Shown here piece after piece: positions 19,701 to 29,356 of a DNA stretch of 64,000 nt. The notes beneath the pieces were generated by a model. The model was not told where the DNA came from. It did not search any database and saw only the letters and a list, made by a program, of their open reading frames with translations. The stretch is from assembly GCA_963793425.1 (NCBI GenBank), contig CAWCAG010000007.1, positions 800,001-864,000 on the forward strand, given 5' to 3'. Each line of letters opens with the position of its first letter. Within the stretch, counting starts at the first letter, position 1. A program made the position numbers and the translations under genes. This stretch comes from an uncultured cyanobacterium (GTDB lineage Bacteria > Cyanobacteriota > Cyanobacteriia > Cyanobacteriales > CAWCAG01).

Positions 19701-20515
19701 TTGATATTTACAGCAGCGTTAACATCTCTGTCATGAACTGCACCGCAGTTCAAGCAAGTCCATTCTCTAATAGAGAGTTCCTGCTTACCACCTCTGAAAC
19801 CACAACAAGAGCAAGTTTGTGATGTTGGTTCCCATCTATCAATTACCCTAAATTCTCTACCATACATTACTGATTTAGCTTCTAGCATCGTTCTAAAACT
19901 ACGCCAACCTAAATCACTAATTGCACGGGACAACTTACGGTTTCGGAGCATTCCCGATACGTTTAAATCTTCTAAGATTATCGTTTGGTTTTCACGAATT
20001 ATCTTAGTTGACAGCTTGTGCAAGAAGTCGTTTCTAGTATCTTTAATTTTGACGTAAAGTTTAGCTACTCTTTTTCTGACTTTTTCTCGTCTCTTACTAC
20101 CTTTCGTCTTTCTGGCAAGGTTACGTTGTAGTTTTCTGAGCTTCTTTAGTTTCTTTTTTAAGGGTTTTGGGGCTTTGATTTTCTCTCCGCTACTCAATGT
20201 GGCAAAGTCGGTTATTCCTAAGTCTATTCCTACGCTTGAATCGCATTTAGGTAAGTTTTGTGGTTGTATTTCAACTACGAAGCTTATGAAGTACCTATCA
20301 GCACTATCTTTGATTACTGTTAGAGATGTAGGAGTTGAGGGAAGTTCTCTTGAGAGTATAGGGTTAATGTTACCAATTTTAGCTAGGTAAACTTGTTGCC
20401 CTTCCATTCAGAAGGCTGATTTGGCAAATGCTGCACTTTGTTGATTACTTCGCTTTTTAAACCTTGGTGGTTTGACTTTCTTGCCTTTCCTTTTACCTTT
20501 ACATGAGTTGAAGAA

Positions 20516-20566
20516 GCGGATGCGACCCCGCGTCGGCGAAAGACGCAAGGGAACGCGCACCAAGCA
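20516..20566 (+). repeat. 51-nt GC-rich structured insertion in tnpB (copy A)
   Basis: Removal restores AYRN-FFNSCKGKRKG; opposite orientation to copy B. Confidence 0.85.
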
Positions 20567-21190
20567 GTTTCTGTAGGCTTTGGCTAGGTTTCTTAAGGTT
20601 TGCTGTAAGGGGACTGCTGATACATCTCTTAGCCACATTCTTTCTTCACTCTTCTTGGCTATGGTTAACAAGCTAGATAGTTTGTTGTAGCTTAATGCTT
20701 TGCCTGCACTTTGGCATCGTGCCAGAGCATCATTCCAGACGATGCGGATACAGCCAAACAGTTGAGCTAGTTTTGTTTTCTGCTCCTTTGTTGGGTAAAA
20801 TCTGTATCTGTATCTAGCTTTCATGTTGGTTGCAACAGTTGCTATTGGCAAATTATGTTTATTGTACCTGAAAAAATTAACTAATCCGCCCTAAAACGGC
20901 GGGGTTTTAAACCTTTTTTTGTTTTGATAATTATCTCATCCAAGTAAAAGTTAATCTAGTTTCAAAAAAAATATTCTGTTGGAGTGGGGCTGGGAGCTTT
21001 CTTTAAATTAATCAAGAAGGTAAACACTTAACCTGGAAACTTTTATATAATAATTCGGTACTTACATAGCTATAACTTATTAGCTGCTAACTCAATGAAT
21101 TGCAACCTTTACGTATTTTCCTTAGTCATCAGCTATTAATAATAGTAATTTGCGCCTGTCCCCTAATTTGGAAAATAACCAAGGAAAACT

Positions 21191-21709
21191 ATGAAGCTAA
21201 ATATATTCTCTGCTTCTTTAATCGCTACGGTATTTTCTCTGGTTGCCACACAAGCACAAGCCGCCGAGAAAGTAATCTTGAAATATCGCTTTCTTCGCGA
21301 ATCTATTTCTGTACCAGAATTGACTACCTTCGCAGAAACCGGAGAACTTTCTTCTTCTCTCAATGCTTATCTTGGTCTGGCAAATAAGGAACCTGATGAT
21401 TTAGAAGAAGCCTTAACCAAAGAAGTTAAAGTTAATGCTATCCTGCTATCAAAAATCCTTAACACCACACCAGGGGAAATGATTCTTGATCAATTGAGTG
21501 AAGTAATTCATACTCCTACCCAAAGGGCAAGTCGCCAATCTTTGAGGAGCGCTTTAGTGAAATCTGCTCTACCCGATGGCAAGATTACTTTACTTGAAGT
21601 ATTGCAAAATTACCCTACTCAAGATGTGATTGTTGAAGGAGAGCGTTTAGCTGAAGCCCTAGCCAAAATTGAACAGTTGACAGGACTAATTCCTAATATC
21701 CGCTTCTAA
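21191..21709 (+). CDS. DUF1400-domain exported protein
   Basis: Signal peptide, AAEKVILKY..SISVPELTTFAETG, ITLLEVLQNYPT. Confidence 0.85.
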   Translation: MKLNIFSASLIATVFSLVATQAQAAEKVILKYRFLRESISVPELTTFAETGELSSSLNAYLGLANKEPDDLEEALTKEVKVNAILLSKILNTTPGEMILDQLSEVIHTPTQRASRQSLRSALVKSALPDGKITLLEVLQNYPTQDVIVEGERLAEALAKIEQLTGLIPNIRF

Positions 21710-21714
21710 TTTGT

Positions 21715-21921
21715 TTAGTAAGCTAAAGTCTCTAAAGTTTCTCGTAAATAGGAACGAACTTGAACATCAAGACTTTCCTTTTCTAGTTCTTGGTTATTAA
21801 CAAGCTGTTCGGTGCGCCAACGTTTAAATCCAGAACTATTAGCGATCGCTTGCTTGAGATTTTCCCAAACTTCACTATCCTGGGAAAATGAATCGGAAGA
21901 TGCAACAGATGAACTTAGCAT
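21715..21921 (-). CDS. Small conserved cyanobacterial hypothetical protein
   Basis: WENLKQAIANSSGFKRW..YLRETLETLAY motif (recalled family). Confidence 0.7.
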   Translation of the reverse strand: MLSSSVASSDSFSQDSEVWENLKQAIANSSGFKRWRTEQLVNNQELEKESLDVQVRSYLRETLETLAY

Positions 21922-22106
21922 TTTATATTTTTAACTAATAACCAGCAATTATTACTTCTAGGATAACTTAACGAAGCCTGATAGTGCATACCATGAATTA
22001 CGCAATTGAATTAATTAAAGATTTGCATAATTTATTTCAACAACTGTGAGGCATTGCTGTTAATTAATTTCATAACTAAGAAAACTTTTATTTGCTGTAT
22101 AACAGC

Positions 22107-22733
22107 TTACAAAACTCCTTTGGAGCTAGGAATTTGTGCCGCACGACGGGGATCAATTTCTAAAGCCATACGGGTAGCCCTAGCAAAAGCTTTAAAAGTT
22201 GCTTCAATAATATGATGAGAATTAACCCCATCTAACTGGCGAATATGAAGAGTCATTTGCGAGTGGTTAACAATAGCTACAAAAAACTCCCTCACCAACT
22301 GGGTATCGTAACTTCCTACCCTTTGAGTAGGAATTGATAATCCGTAACTTAAATGAGGTCGTCCCGAAAAATCTAGGGTAACTTGAATTAAGGCCTCATC
22401 AAGGGGGGCAAGGAAATGACCAAAACGATGAATTCCCTTGCGATCGCCTAAAGCCTTAGCTAAAGCTTGACCCAAAGTTATGCCCACATCTTCGTTGGTA
22501 TGGTGGTCATCTATTTCTAAATCTCCTTGGGCTTTTACTTCTAAGTCAATTAACCCGTGGGAAGAAATTTGCTGCAACATATGGTCAAGGAAAGGAACAC
22601 CCGTTGCAACCTGGCATTTTCCTGTACCATCTAAATTTAAAGAAACTTCCACATCTGTCTCTTTAGTTGTACGCCGCACCGAAGCTGTACGGGAAAAGTT
22701 AGTTTGGCTAATTTGGCGATCGCTTAATTGCAT
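22107..22733 (-). CDS. hisB: Imidazoleglycerol-phosphate dehydratase
   Basis: [34 protein letters not shown]. Confidence 0.97.
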   Translation of the reverse strand: MQLSDRQISQTNFSRTASVRRTTKETDVEVSLNLDGTGKCQVATGVPFLDHMLQQISSHGLIDLEVKAQGDLEIDDHHTNEDVGITLGQALAKALGDRKGIHRFGHFLAPLDEALIQVTLDFSGRPHLSYGLSIPTQRVGSYDTQLVREFFVAIVNHSQMTLHIRQLDGVNSHHIIEATFKAFARATRMALEIDPRRAAQIPSSKGVL

Positions 22734-22764
22734 TACTTATTACTTATTACTTATTACTTAAAAT

Positions 22765-23541
22765 TCACATTCCCATAATTTCATAACCAGCATCAACATA
22801 AAGAGTTTGCCCGGTAATACCGCTAGAAAGGTCACTGCATAAAAAAGCAGCAGCATTGCCTACTTCTAATTGGGTTACAGTACGACGTAGAGGTGCAACT
22901 TCTTCGACATGGTGAATCATATCCATGATGCCCCCTACAGCCGAAGAAGCTAAAGTACGAATTGGCCCTGCGGAGATAGCATTGACGCGAATATTGCTTT
23001 GTCCCAATTCTGAAGCGAGGTAGCGAACATTCATCTCTAAAGCTGCTTTAGCAATACCCATCACGTTGTAGTTAGGAACAACTTTAACCCCACCTAAATA
23101 AGTTAAAGTAACAATGCTACCTCCATCACTCATTAAAGGTTTAACCGCATTAGCAAGGCGAATCAAAGAATAGGCACTGATATCTAAGGCTTTAGTAAAA
23201 CCGTCCCTAGAAGTACCAACAAACTCCCCTGACAAATCTTCTTTGTTAGCAAAAGCAAGACAGTGAATTAAAATATCCACCTTGCCCCACTTCTCCTCAA
23301 GCGCCCTAGAAAACTCTTCAATCAGCGCTTCATCTTGAACATCTAAAGGAAGAACTATACTAGGATTAAGAGGCTCAACTAAGTCTTTAACTTTCTTCTC
23401 AAAACGACCTTTAGGATCTGGTAAATAATTAACCCCCAACTCTGCCCCGGCCTTGTGCAATTGCTGAGCAATTCCCCAAGCTATGGAACGGTTGTTGGCA
23501 ATACCTGTTACAAAAGCTTTTTTGCCTGCTAAATTTAACAT
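22765..23541 (-). CDS. fabI: Enoyl-ACP reductase
   Basis: GIANNRSIAWGIA, YNVMGIAKAALE, ISAGPIRTLAS. Confidence 0.97.
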   Translation of the reverse strand: MLNLAGKKAFVTGIANNRSIAWGIAQQLHKAGAELGVNYLPDPKGRFEKKVKDLVEPLNPSIVLPLDVQDEALIEEFSRALEEKWGKVDILIHCLAFANKEDLSGEFVGTSRDGFTKALDISAYSLIRLANAVKPLMSDGGSIVTLTYLGGVKVVPNYNVMGIAKAALEMNVRYLASELGQSNIRVNAISAGPIRTLASSAVGGIMDMIHHVEEVAPLRRTVTQLEVGNAAAFLCSDLSSGITGQTLYVDAGYEIMGM

Positions 23542-23690
23542 AATTCTTTACTTAGAAATTTTTTCCCCGACTAAGGAGTATATCTTGATTACCAACTCGA
23601 AACCAAACTATGCAAAAACAGTATAAGCTTACTCAATAATCTTGCTTCGTTGCTGGTTTTTTCGCCTTGGTGTCGTATCATGAATCTGAA

Positions 23691-23725
23691 GTAATTTTTC
23701 TAGAGCTAATCTCTAGAGAAATTAC
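23691..23725. promoter_or_regulatory. Near-perfect inverted repeat in the fabI/ntcA divergent promoter region
   Basis: GTAATTTTTCTAGAG-CTAAT-CTCTAGAGAAATTAC (14/15 paired); function unknown. Confidence 0.4.
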
Positions 23726-23887
23726 CTAATTAAAGCTCAAAGTACTATTTCTATTTGTTGTAGAATGTTTGTACTAAAAAAAGACTGTCAACCTCTACGG
23801 TTTAGACTATAAAGTCAGGTTTTAACTGGCTTTTAGGCTCACCGACAACTCAAGCAAGCTCAATTTCGCTATTTATTTAAGAATATA

Positions 23888-24565
23888 ATGGAACTGTCCG
23901 TGACCCAAGATCAACCCCTAGCAGATGTATTTCGCCTAATTGGGGGTGAAGCATTTCCGCCAGTGGTAGAAACCTTTGAACGGGGCAAAACCATCTTTTT
24001 CCCTGGCGATCCAGCAGAGAGAGTCTATTTTCTTTTGAAAGGGGCTGTTAAGCTCTCAAGAGTGTATGAAGCAGGAGAAGAGATTACTGTTGCCCTACTG
24101 CGAGAGAATAGTGTTTTTGGTGTACTCTCTTTAATTACCGGTCAACGTTCTGATCGTTTTTATCACTCCGTTGCCTTCACTCCCGTAGAACTACTTTCTG
24201 CCCCCATAGAACAAGTAGAACAATCATTAAAGGAAAATCCTGAACTTTCTCGGTTGATGTTGCGAGGACTCTCTTCTCGTATCTTGCAAACAGAGATGAT
24301 GATTGAAACCTTAGCACATCGAGATATGGGTTCTCGGTTAGTAAGTTTCTTGCTGATACTCTGTCGAGATTTTGGTGTACCTACCAACGATGGTATTAGA
24401 ATCGATTTAAAATTATCTCACCAGGCGATCGCCGAAGCAATTGGTTCAACCAGAGTAACTGTAACTCGCCTTTTAGGGGACTTACGCCAAGAAGAAATGA
24501 TTTCTATTCACAAGAAAAAGATTACCGTTCACAACCCTGTTGCCCTAAGCCAACAATTTACCTAA
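23888..24565 (+). CDS. ntcA: Global nitrogen regulator NtcA
   Basis: [42 protein letters not shown]; fabI-ntcA-DUF3084 synteny. Confidence 0.98.
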   Translation: MELSVTQDQPLADVFRLIGGEAFPPVVETFERGKTIFFPGDPAERVYFLLKGAVKLSRVYEAGEEITVALLRENSVFGVLSLITGQRSDRFYHSVAFTPVELLSAPIEQVEQSLKENPELSRLMLRGLSSRILQTEMMIETLAHRDMGSRLVSFLLILCRDFGVPTNDGIRIDLKLSHQAIAEAIGSTRVTVTRLLGDLRQEEMISIHKKKITVHNPVALSQQFT

Positions 24566-24617
24566 CCATGTCAGTGCTAAGCTAACAGCAAAAGTCTCAA
24601 AAACACTGCGACCGAAC

Positions 24618-26195
24618 ATGACAAGTGCCTACATCCTAATTGCAGCAGTATTATTATTAGGAGGAATCCTAGCTGCACTGGGAGATCGCCTAGGAAGTAA
24701 AGTTGGTAAAGCGCGATTAAGGTTGTTCAATTTGCGCCCCCGCCAGACAGCAGTGGTAGTGACAGTAGCGACAGGGACTGCTATTGCTGCAACTACTTTG
24801 GGTCTTTTGTTCGCTACTAGTAAATCTTTGCGCCAAGGGATTTTTGTTCTTGATGATATTCTTCGGGATTTGAGAATGGCTCAAGCAGAGTTAGCTAGTA
24901 TTCGTGAAGAGAAAACGAATGTCGAAAAAGCCCTCAAATCAGACCAGATTAAGCGAGCAGCCGTTCAGAATCGTCTCAGGAGAAGTGATGAGAGTTTTAA
25001 AGAAGCTCAGAAACAAGTTAAAGATATTTCTCAGCAAGCTGCCACCCTCAGAAATGAAATCAAAAAACTAGCAACAGAGCGTCAAAAGTTAGTTAGGCAA
25101 AGTCAACAACTGACAGAAGAAATAGCTGATTTTAGAACACGGCTTGAACAAAGTGATAGGGAATTAGCTCAGAAAGATCAAGACATAGCTCAAAAAAACC
25201 AAGATTTAATTGGATTACGCCAAGAACGTCAGAGAATCTTAGATGACAATAACGCCATACAAGAAGAATTAAATTCCTCGCAACAAAAAATAGATTCTTC
25301 CCAACAAGATATAGCTAGATTACTTCAAGAGCGTCAGAGAATCTTAGATGACAAAAATACCATACAACAAGAATTAGTTTCCTCGCAACAAAGATTGAAT
25401 TCCTCGCAACAAGAAATAGCTCAAAGAGACAAAATAATTGCAGAATTAGACCAAGCGATCGCCTCGCGAGATGATACCCTGCGAGAGCGCAAAATAAGAT
25501 TGGAAGAGTTAAGAGCGCAAATTGAAATATCTGAAGAAAATTACTTGGCCCTGCGTCAAGGTAATGTTGCGATCGCTAGAGGTCAAACTTTAGCATTTGG
25601 AGTCGTACGCATTGTTGATCCCCAAAGTGCCAGTGAAGCGGTTGAACAGTTACTAAGACAAGCTAATCGTAATGCTATTCAAATTACTAATCCTGGTAAC
25701 AATGGACTTGGTAGCGAAAGAGTGGTACAAATTCCTCAGATTCAAGTCGATAATATCATTGAAACTATCCAAGATGGTCAAGATTACGTTATTCGCCTAG
25801 TGTCAGCAGAAAATTATATTCAAGGAGAGCAACAGGTACAGGTTTTTGCAGATATTGCTATCAATGAAGAAATTTTTGTTTCAGAAGAAGTTGTGGCGAA
25901 AGTACCAATTAATCCCCGCACAATGTCAGAGCAAGAAATAGAAAAACGCTTAGACTTGCTATTAACTCAATCCCAAACTCGCGCCCGTGGTGCAGGTCTT
26001 CTGGGTAAAATTCAAGTAGAAGATGGTAATATTATTACCTTAATTAATTTTGTTGAACAACTTAAAGAAGAAGACCAACCTATAGAAGAAATTGTCGCTG
26101 TTGCTTCAGGGTTAACCTATTCTTCTGGACCTCTCATTTTGCGTTTAGTTGCTCTCCAAGACGGTAAGATCATTTTTGCTTCTTCAGATGCGTGA
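24618..26195 (+). CDS. DUF3084 coiled-coil membrane-anchored protein
   Basis: GDRLGSKVGKARLRLFNLRPRQTA; long coiled coil; position after ntcA. Confidence 0.88.
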   Translation: MTSAYILIAAVLLLGGILAALGDRLGSKVGKARLRLFNLRPRQTAVVVTVATGTAIAATTLGLLFATSKSLRQGIFVLDDILRDLRMAQAELASIREEKTNVEKALKSDQIKRAAVQNRLRRSDESFKEAQKQVKDISQQAATLRNEIKKLATERQKLVRQSQQLTEEIADFRTRLEQSDRELAQKDQDIAQKNQDLIGLRQERQRILDDNNAIQEELNSSQQKIDSSQQDIARLLQERQRILDDKNTIQQELVSSQQRLNSSQQEIAQRDKIIAELDQAIASRDDTLRERKIRLEELRAQIEISEENYLALRQGNVAIARGQTLAFGVVRIVDPQSASEAVEQLLRQANRNAIQITNPGNNGLGSERVVQIPQIQVDNIIETIQDGQDYVIRLVSAENYIQGEQQVQVFADIAINEEIFVSEEVVAKVPINPRTMSEQEIEKRLDLLLTQSQTRARGAGLLGKIQVEDGNIITLINFVEQLKEEDQPIEEIVAVASGLTYSSGPLILRLVALQDGKIIFASSDA

Positions 26196-26201
26196 TAGCA
26201 T

Positions 26202-27068
26202 ATGCCAGAAAAACCTTCTCGGTGGAAAAACTTCTCTTTTAATTGGGGAGACTTGTATCACTACCTACTAGTCATCACCTGGAAACAATTCTTTTTCTTG
26301 ACTACCTGCATCTATTTAATTACTAATGTCTTATTTGCTCTAGCTTACTTAATACAGAAAAATGCCATAGAAAATGCTCGCCCCGGTTCCTTTATTGATG
26401 CTTTTTCTTTTAGTGTTCAAACTATGGCTACCATAGGCTATGGAGCCATGTATCCTCGCACTATCTATGCTCATATTTTAGTAGCTATTGAAGTATTTCT
26501 CGGACTACTAGGAGTAGCTATGGCAACAGGATTAATGTTGGCTCGTTTTTCTAAACCCACTGCCAGAATACTATTTAGTAAAGTAGCTGTTATCTCTTCT
26601 TATAATGGCATTCCTACTTTGATGTTTCGTAGCGCTAACCAACGCAATAACTTTATTGTCCAAGCACAAGTTCAAGTAAGTTTTTTGCGCTCAGAAATTT
26701 CTCAGGAAGGACATCAAATGCGTCGCTTTCATAATCTTAATTTATTGCGATCACAAACACCTATTTTTGCTTATAGCTGGACTATCATGCACCCTATTGA
26801 CAAAAAAAGCCCTCTTTTAGGGTTAACTTCAAAAGATTTAAGCGAAACTCAGGGACAAATAATAGTTGTTATTAGTGGCTTAGATGAAACCGTTTCTCAA
26901 ACAGTCCATGCCCGACACTCTTACAATGCAGAAGATATTCGTTGGAGTGCTAGTTTTGTAGATGTCCTTTTTTGGGATGAAAGAGGGCAACCCCAAATAG
27001 ACTACTCACATTTCCATGATGTTAAACCCCTTGGGAATCATCAAAAAGGATTAGAAACTAAGGAGTAG
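26202..27068 (+). CDS. Inward-rectifier K+ channel (KirBac)
   Basis: FSVQTMATIGYG filter, ARFSKP, PTLMFR, WTIMHPIDKKSPL. Confidence 0.93.
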   Translation: MPEKPSRWKNFSFNWGDLYHYLLVITWKQFFFLTTCIYLITNVLFALAYLIQKNAIENARPGSFIDAFSFSVQTMATIGYGAMYPRTIYAHILVAIEVFLGLLGVAMATGLMLARFSKPTARILFSKVAVISSYNGIPTLMFRSANQRNNFIVQAQVQVSFLRSEISQEGHQMRRFHNLNLLRSQTPIFAYSWTIMHPIDKKSPLLGLTSKDLSETQGQIIVVISGLDETVSQTVHARHSYNAEDIRWSASFVDVLFWDERGQPQIDYSHFHDVKPLGNHQKGLETKE

Positions 27069-27121
27069 AAGTTGTTTTTACTCCTTAGCAATCTCAAATA
27101 ACAATTAGCCATTAGCCAAAC

Positions 27122-28279
27122 TCAAGAAAGAGTCAAAGTCGGCGACTCAATTTTGTGAGAATTCCAGTCTTGATGCTCCCAAACTTGCCCATCAAGGGCC
27201 ATTTGCTCCACCAAGCTAGCTAAACGCAAAGCTTTGAGGGCTTGCTCTCCTCCTACAGAAGGTGGATTGCCCCCTCGCACACAACCAACAAAATGTTCTA
27301 ATTCTGCGTGTAAAGGCTCAATGTTACTTGTGTAAACTTTCTCAATTAATCCATCTTGACGATACAAAACTTGGCCATAATCCGTAGAGCAGTTGGCTAT
27401 GGTTTGACGATGAATTAGAATTTCATTATTGAGAAAATCTGCTTCTGTAAGAGAATTTTTACAGTGGGCAGCGATGCGACGAATCTTACGGTGGGTAACT
27501 TTGCTAGCGGTTAGAGTAGCAACCATACCATTGGCAAAGCCTAAAGTTGCAGTCACATAATCCAAATAGCCAGAATCAGAAGCGCTACTACCGCTTGCTG
27601 TTAACTTCAATACAGGAGCCGCTACTAATTCTAAGATTAAATCAATATCGTGGATCATCAAATCCAAAACCACAGAAACATCATTAGCCCGGTTGGAATA
27701 GGGACTCATCCTGTGAGATTCCAAGGCAAGTAATTCCTCTGTTTTAAGAACTTTACTTAGTTCCTGAAAAGCGGGATTAAACCTTTCTATGTGTCCTACT
27801 TGTAAGATGGTTTTTGACTCTGCTGCTGCATTTACTAAAGACTCAGCTTCAGTAATAGAAGCAGCAATAGGTTTCTCGATTAAAACGTGAACGCCAGCTT
27901 TTAAACAAGCCATGCCAACTCGATGGTGCAAGCGAGTTGGGACAGCAATACAAACGGCATGAACATGGGGTAAAAGCTCAAGATAGTTCTCAAAAAAACG
28001 GGCTCTATATTTACTAGCAATATCTAGACCCCGTTCAACATTAATATCTGATATTCCTACCAATTCTACATCTTTGAGCAGACTAAGAATGCGGGCGTGA
28101 TGCTGCCCCATATTACCTACGCCAATAACGCCTATACGTAGCGTTTGTGGCTGCTGAGGCCGCTTTATCTTCACGTTTTCTCCATCTGACATACTTTTAT
28201 TACACTCCTCTAACATCTCACCACTAGAATTAAATTGATGAAATCCTTGAACCTCATAAAACCATCCAGATAGTACCAC
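27122..28279 (-). CDS. Gfo/Idh/MocA-family oxidoreductase
   Basis: GVIGVGNMG, EKPIA, GHIERFNP, DLMIHDID; true start probably downstream (~28192). Confidence 0.9.
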   Translation of the reverse strand: MVLSGWFYEVQGFHQFNSSGEMLEECNKSMSDGENVKIKRPQQPQTLRIGVIGVGNMGQHHARILSLLKDVELVGISDINVERGLDIASKYRARFFENYLELLPHVHAVCIAVPTRLHHRVGMACLKAGVHVLIEKPIAASITEAESLVNAAAESKTILQVGHIERFNPAFQELSKVLKTEELLALESHRMSPYSNRANDVSVVLDLMIHDIDLILELVAAPVLKLTASGSSASDSGYLDYVTATLGFANGMVATLTASKVTHRKIRRIAAHCKNSLTEADFLNNEILIHRQTIANCSTDYGQVLYRQDGLIEKVYTSNIEPLHAELEHFVGCVRGGNPPSVGGEQALKALRLASLVEQMALDGQVWEHQDWNSHKIESPTLTLS

Positions 28280-28533
28280 AGCATATCAAAATGTAAAGAA
28301 GTTCAAAGTTTCGTCTGCTGTCACTATACAAAGATTTTCTAGAAGTAGAATTTTTTTTCTGCCTACATTGTCGAAGAGCCAGTAGATAATAAAAAGCTCC
28401 ATGTGGCAGTTTTCTTGCCGTCCATCCTTTAAAGTTTTGTAAACATCATAAGTGGGGAGTAGGGAGTGGGGAGTAGGGTTTAATTAGTAAGAGATACAAT
28501 GGTCGGGAGGGGTAAGGGGTAAAGGAGAAAATC

Positions 28534-29220
28534 ATGTCTGGAAAAGCGGTTATATTACTATCGGGGGGATTGGACTCTTCAACGGTTTTATACCAAGCCC
28601 GTGCAGATGGCTATGAGTGTTACACCATTGCTTTTGATTACCAACAAAGACACCGAAGAGAATTAGCCGCAGCAGAGGCGATCGCAACTTCTGGAGGTGC
28701 AATTCAACATCAAGTAGTAAGTTTTGATTTGCGCCAGTGGGGAGGCTCCGCTTTAACAGATAAGAAATTAGATTTACCTCAAAAACGCTCTCTGGGGGAA
28801 ATGAGCCAGGATATCCCTATTACCTATGTTCCTGCTCGGAATACCATTTTCTTGAGCTTTGCCTTGGCTTATGGAGAAACCATAGAGGCAAATCGGGTTT
28901 ATATAGGAGTTAATGCTTTAGACTATTCTGGTTATCCTGACTGTCGCCCTGATTATATTCAAGCTATGCAGGAAGTGTTTCGCTTAGGGACAAAAGCAGG
29001 TAGGCATAAAGAGGCGATCGCCATTGAAACTCCTTTAATTGATTTGAAAAAGACTGAAATTATTCAACTAGGTAATAAATTAGGTGTACCTTGGGAAAAA
29101 ACCTGGTCTTGTTACGCAGGGGGAGATGTAGCTTGTGGCTTGTGCGACTCTTGCCAACTACGTTTAGCAGCTTTCAAGGAACTAAGTTTAAGTGATCCTT
29201 TACCTTATGCAAAAATATAA
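28534..29220 (+). CDS. queC: 7-cyano-7-deazaguanine synthase
   Basis: SGGLDS, YVPARN, YPDCR, CY..CGLCDSC. Confidence 0.97.
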   Translation: MSGKAVILLSGGLDSSTVLYQARADGYECYTIAFDYQQRHRRELAAAEAIATSGGAIQHQVVSFDLRQWGGSALTDKKLDLPQKRSLGEMSQDIPITYVPARNTIFLSFALAYGETIEANRVYIGVNALDYSGYPDCRPDYIQAMQEVFRLGTKAGRHKEAIAIETPLIDLKKTEIIQLGNKLGVPWEKTWSCYAGGDVACGLCDSCQLRLAAFKELSLSDPLPYAKI

Positions 29221-29313
29221 ATGATCATTGCTAATGGCTAGTTGCTAGTTGCTAGTTGCTAGTTGCTAATAGTTGGTCACAAATCCACCATCCAATGATA
29301 AATGTTTAATGTA

Positions 29314-29336
29314 GCCTACGGCAAGGCTTGCGCCAA
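29314..29336 (+). repeat. Small two-hairpin dispersed repeat within a heptamer tract
   Basis: GCC-TAC-GGC-AA-GGC-TTGC-GCC-AA flanked by AATGATA/AATGTT units. Confidence 0.6.
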
Positions 29337-29356
29337 TAATGTTCAATGATAAATGT

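Larger units (their letters stand above)
19541..20824 (-). pseudogene. tnpB: RNA-guided endonuclease TnpB, interrupted by an in-frame TGA (20408-20410) and two 51-nt insertions
   Basis: MKARYRYRFYPT start; RuvC GIDLG / LEDL / DRDVNAA; zinc finger CSCC..CLNC; both ORFs are in the same frame. Confidence 0.9.
19501..20926 (-). mobile_element. IS200/IS605-family element, tnpB-only (IS1341-like), non-autonomous
   Basis: Right end on minus reads GAATCCCCGTACCTTCTAGGTCGGGGAGGATGTCAA (hairpin + TCAA). Left-end hairpin CCGCC-N7-GGCGG at 20886-20902, preceded on minus by TTAT|CAAAA. No tnpA. Left boundary is inferred. Confidence 0.85.

Noticed and set aside
19541..20407. Nuclease-dead TnpB (TldR) or Cas12f
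   Set aside because: RuvC D/E/D residues are intact, IS ends are present and there is no CRISPR array.
19501..20926. IStron / group I intron
   Set aside because: The element is intergenic, with only ~100 nt between the left end and tnpB; no room for an intron core.
23760..23774. NtcA autoregulatory box
   Set aside because: GTA-N9-TAC here (and GTA-N6-TAC at 23621) does not fit GTA-N8-TAC.
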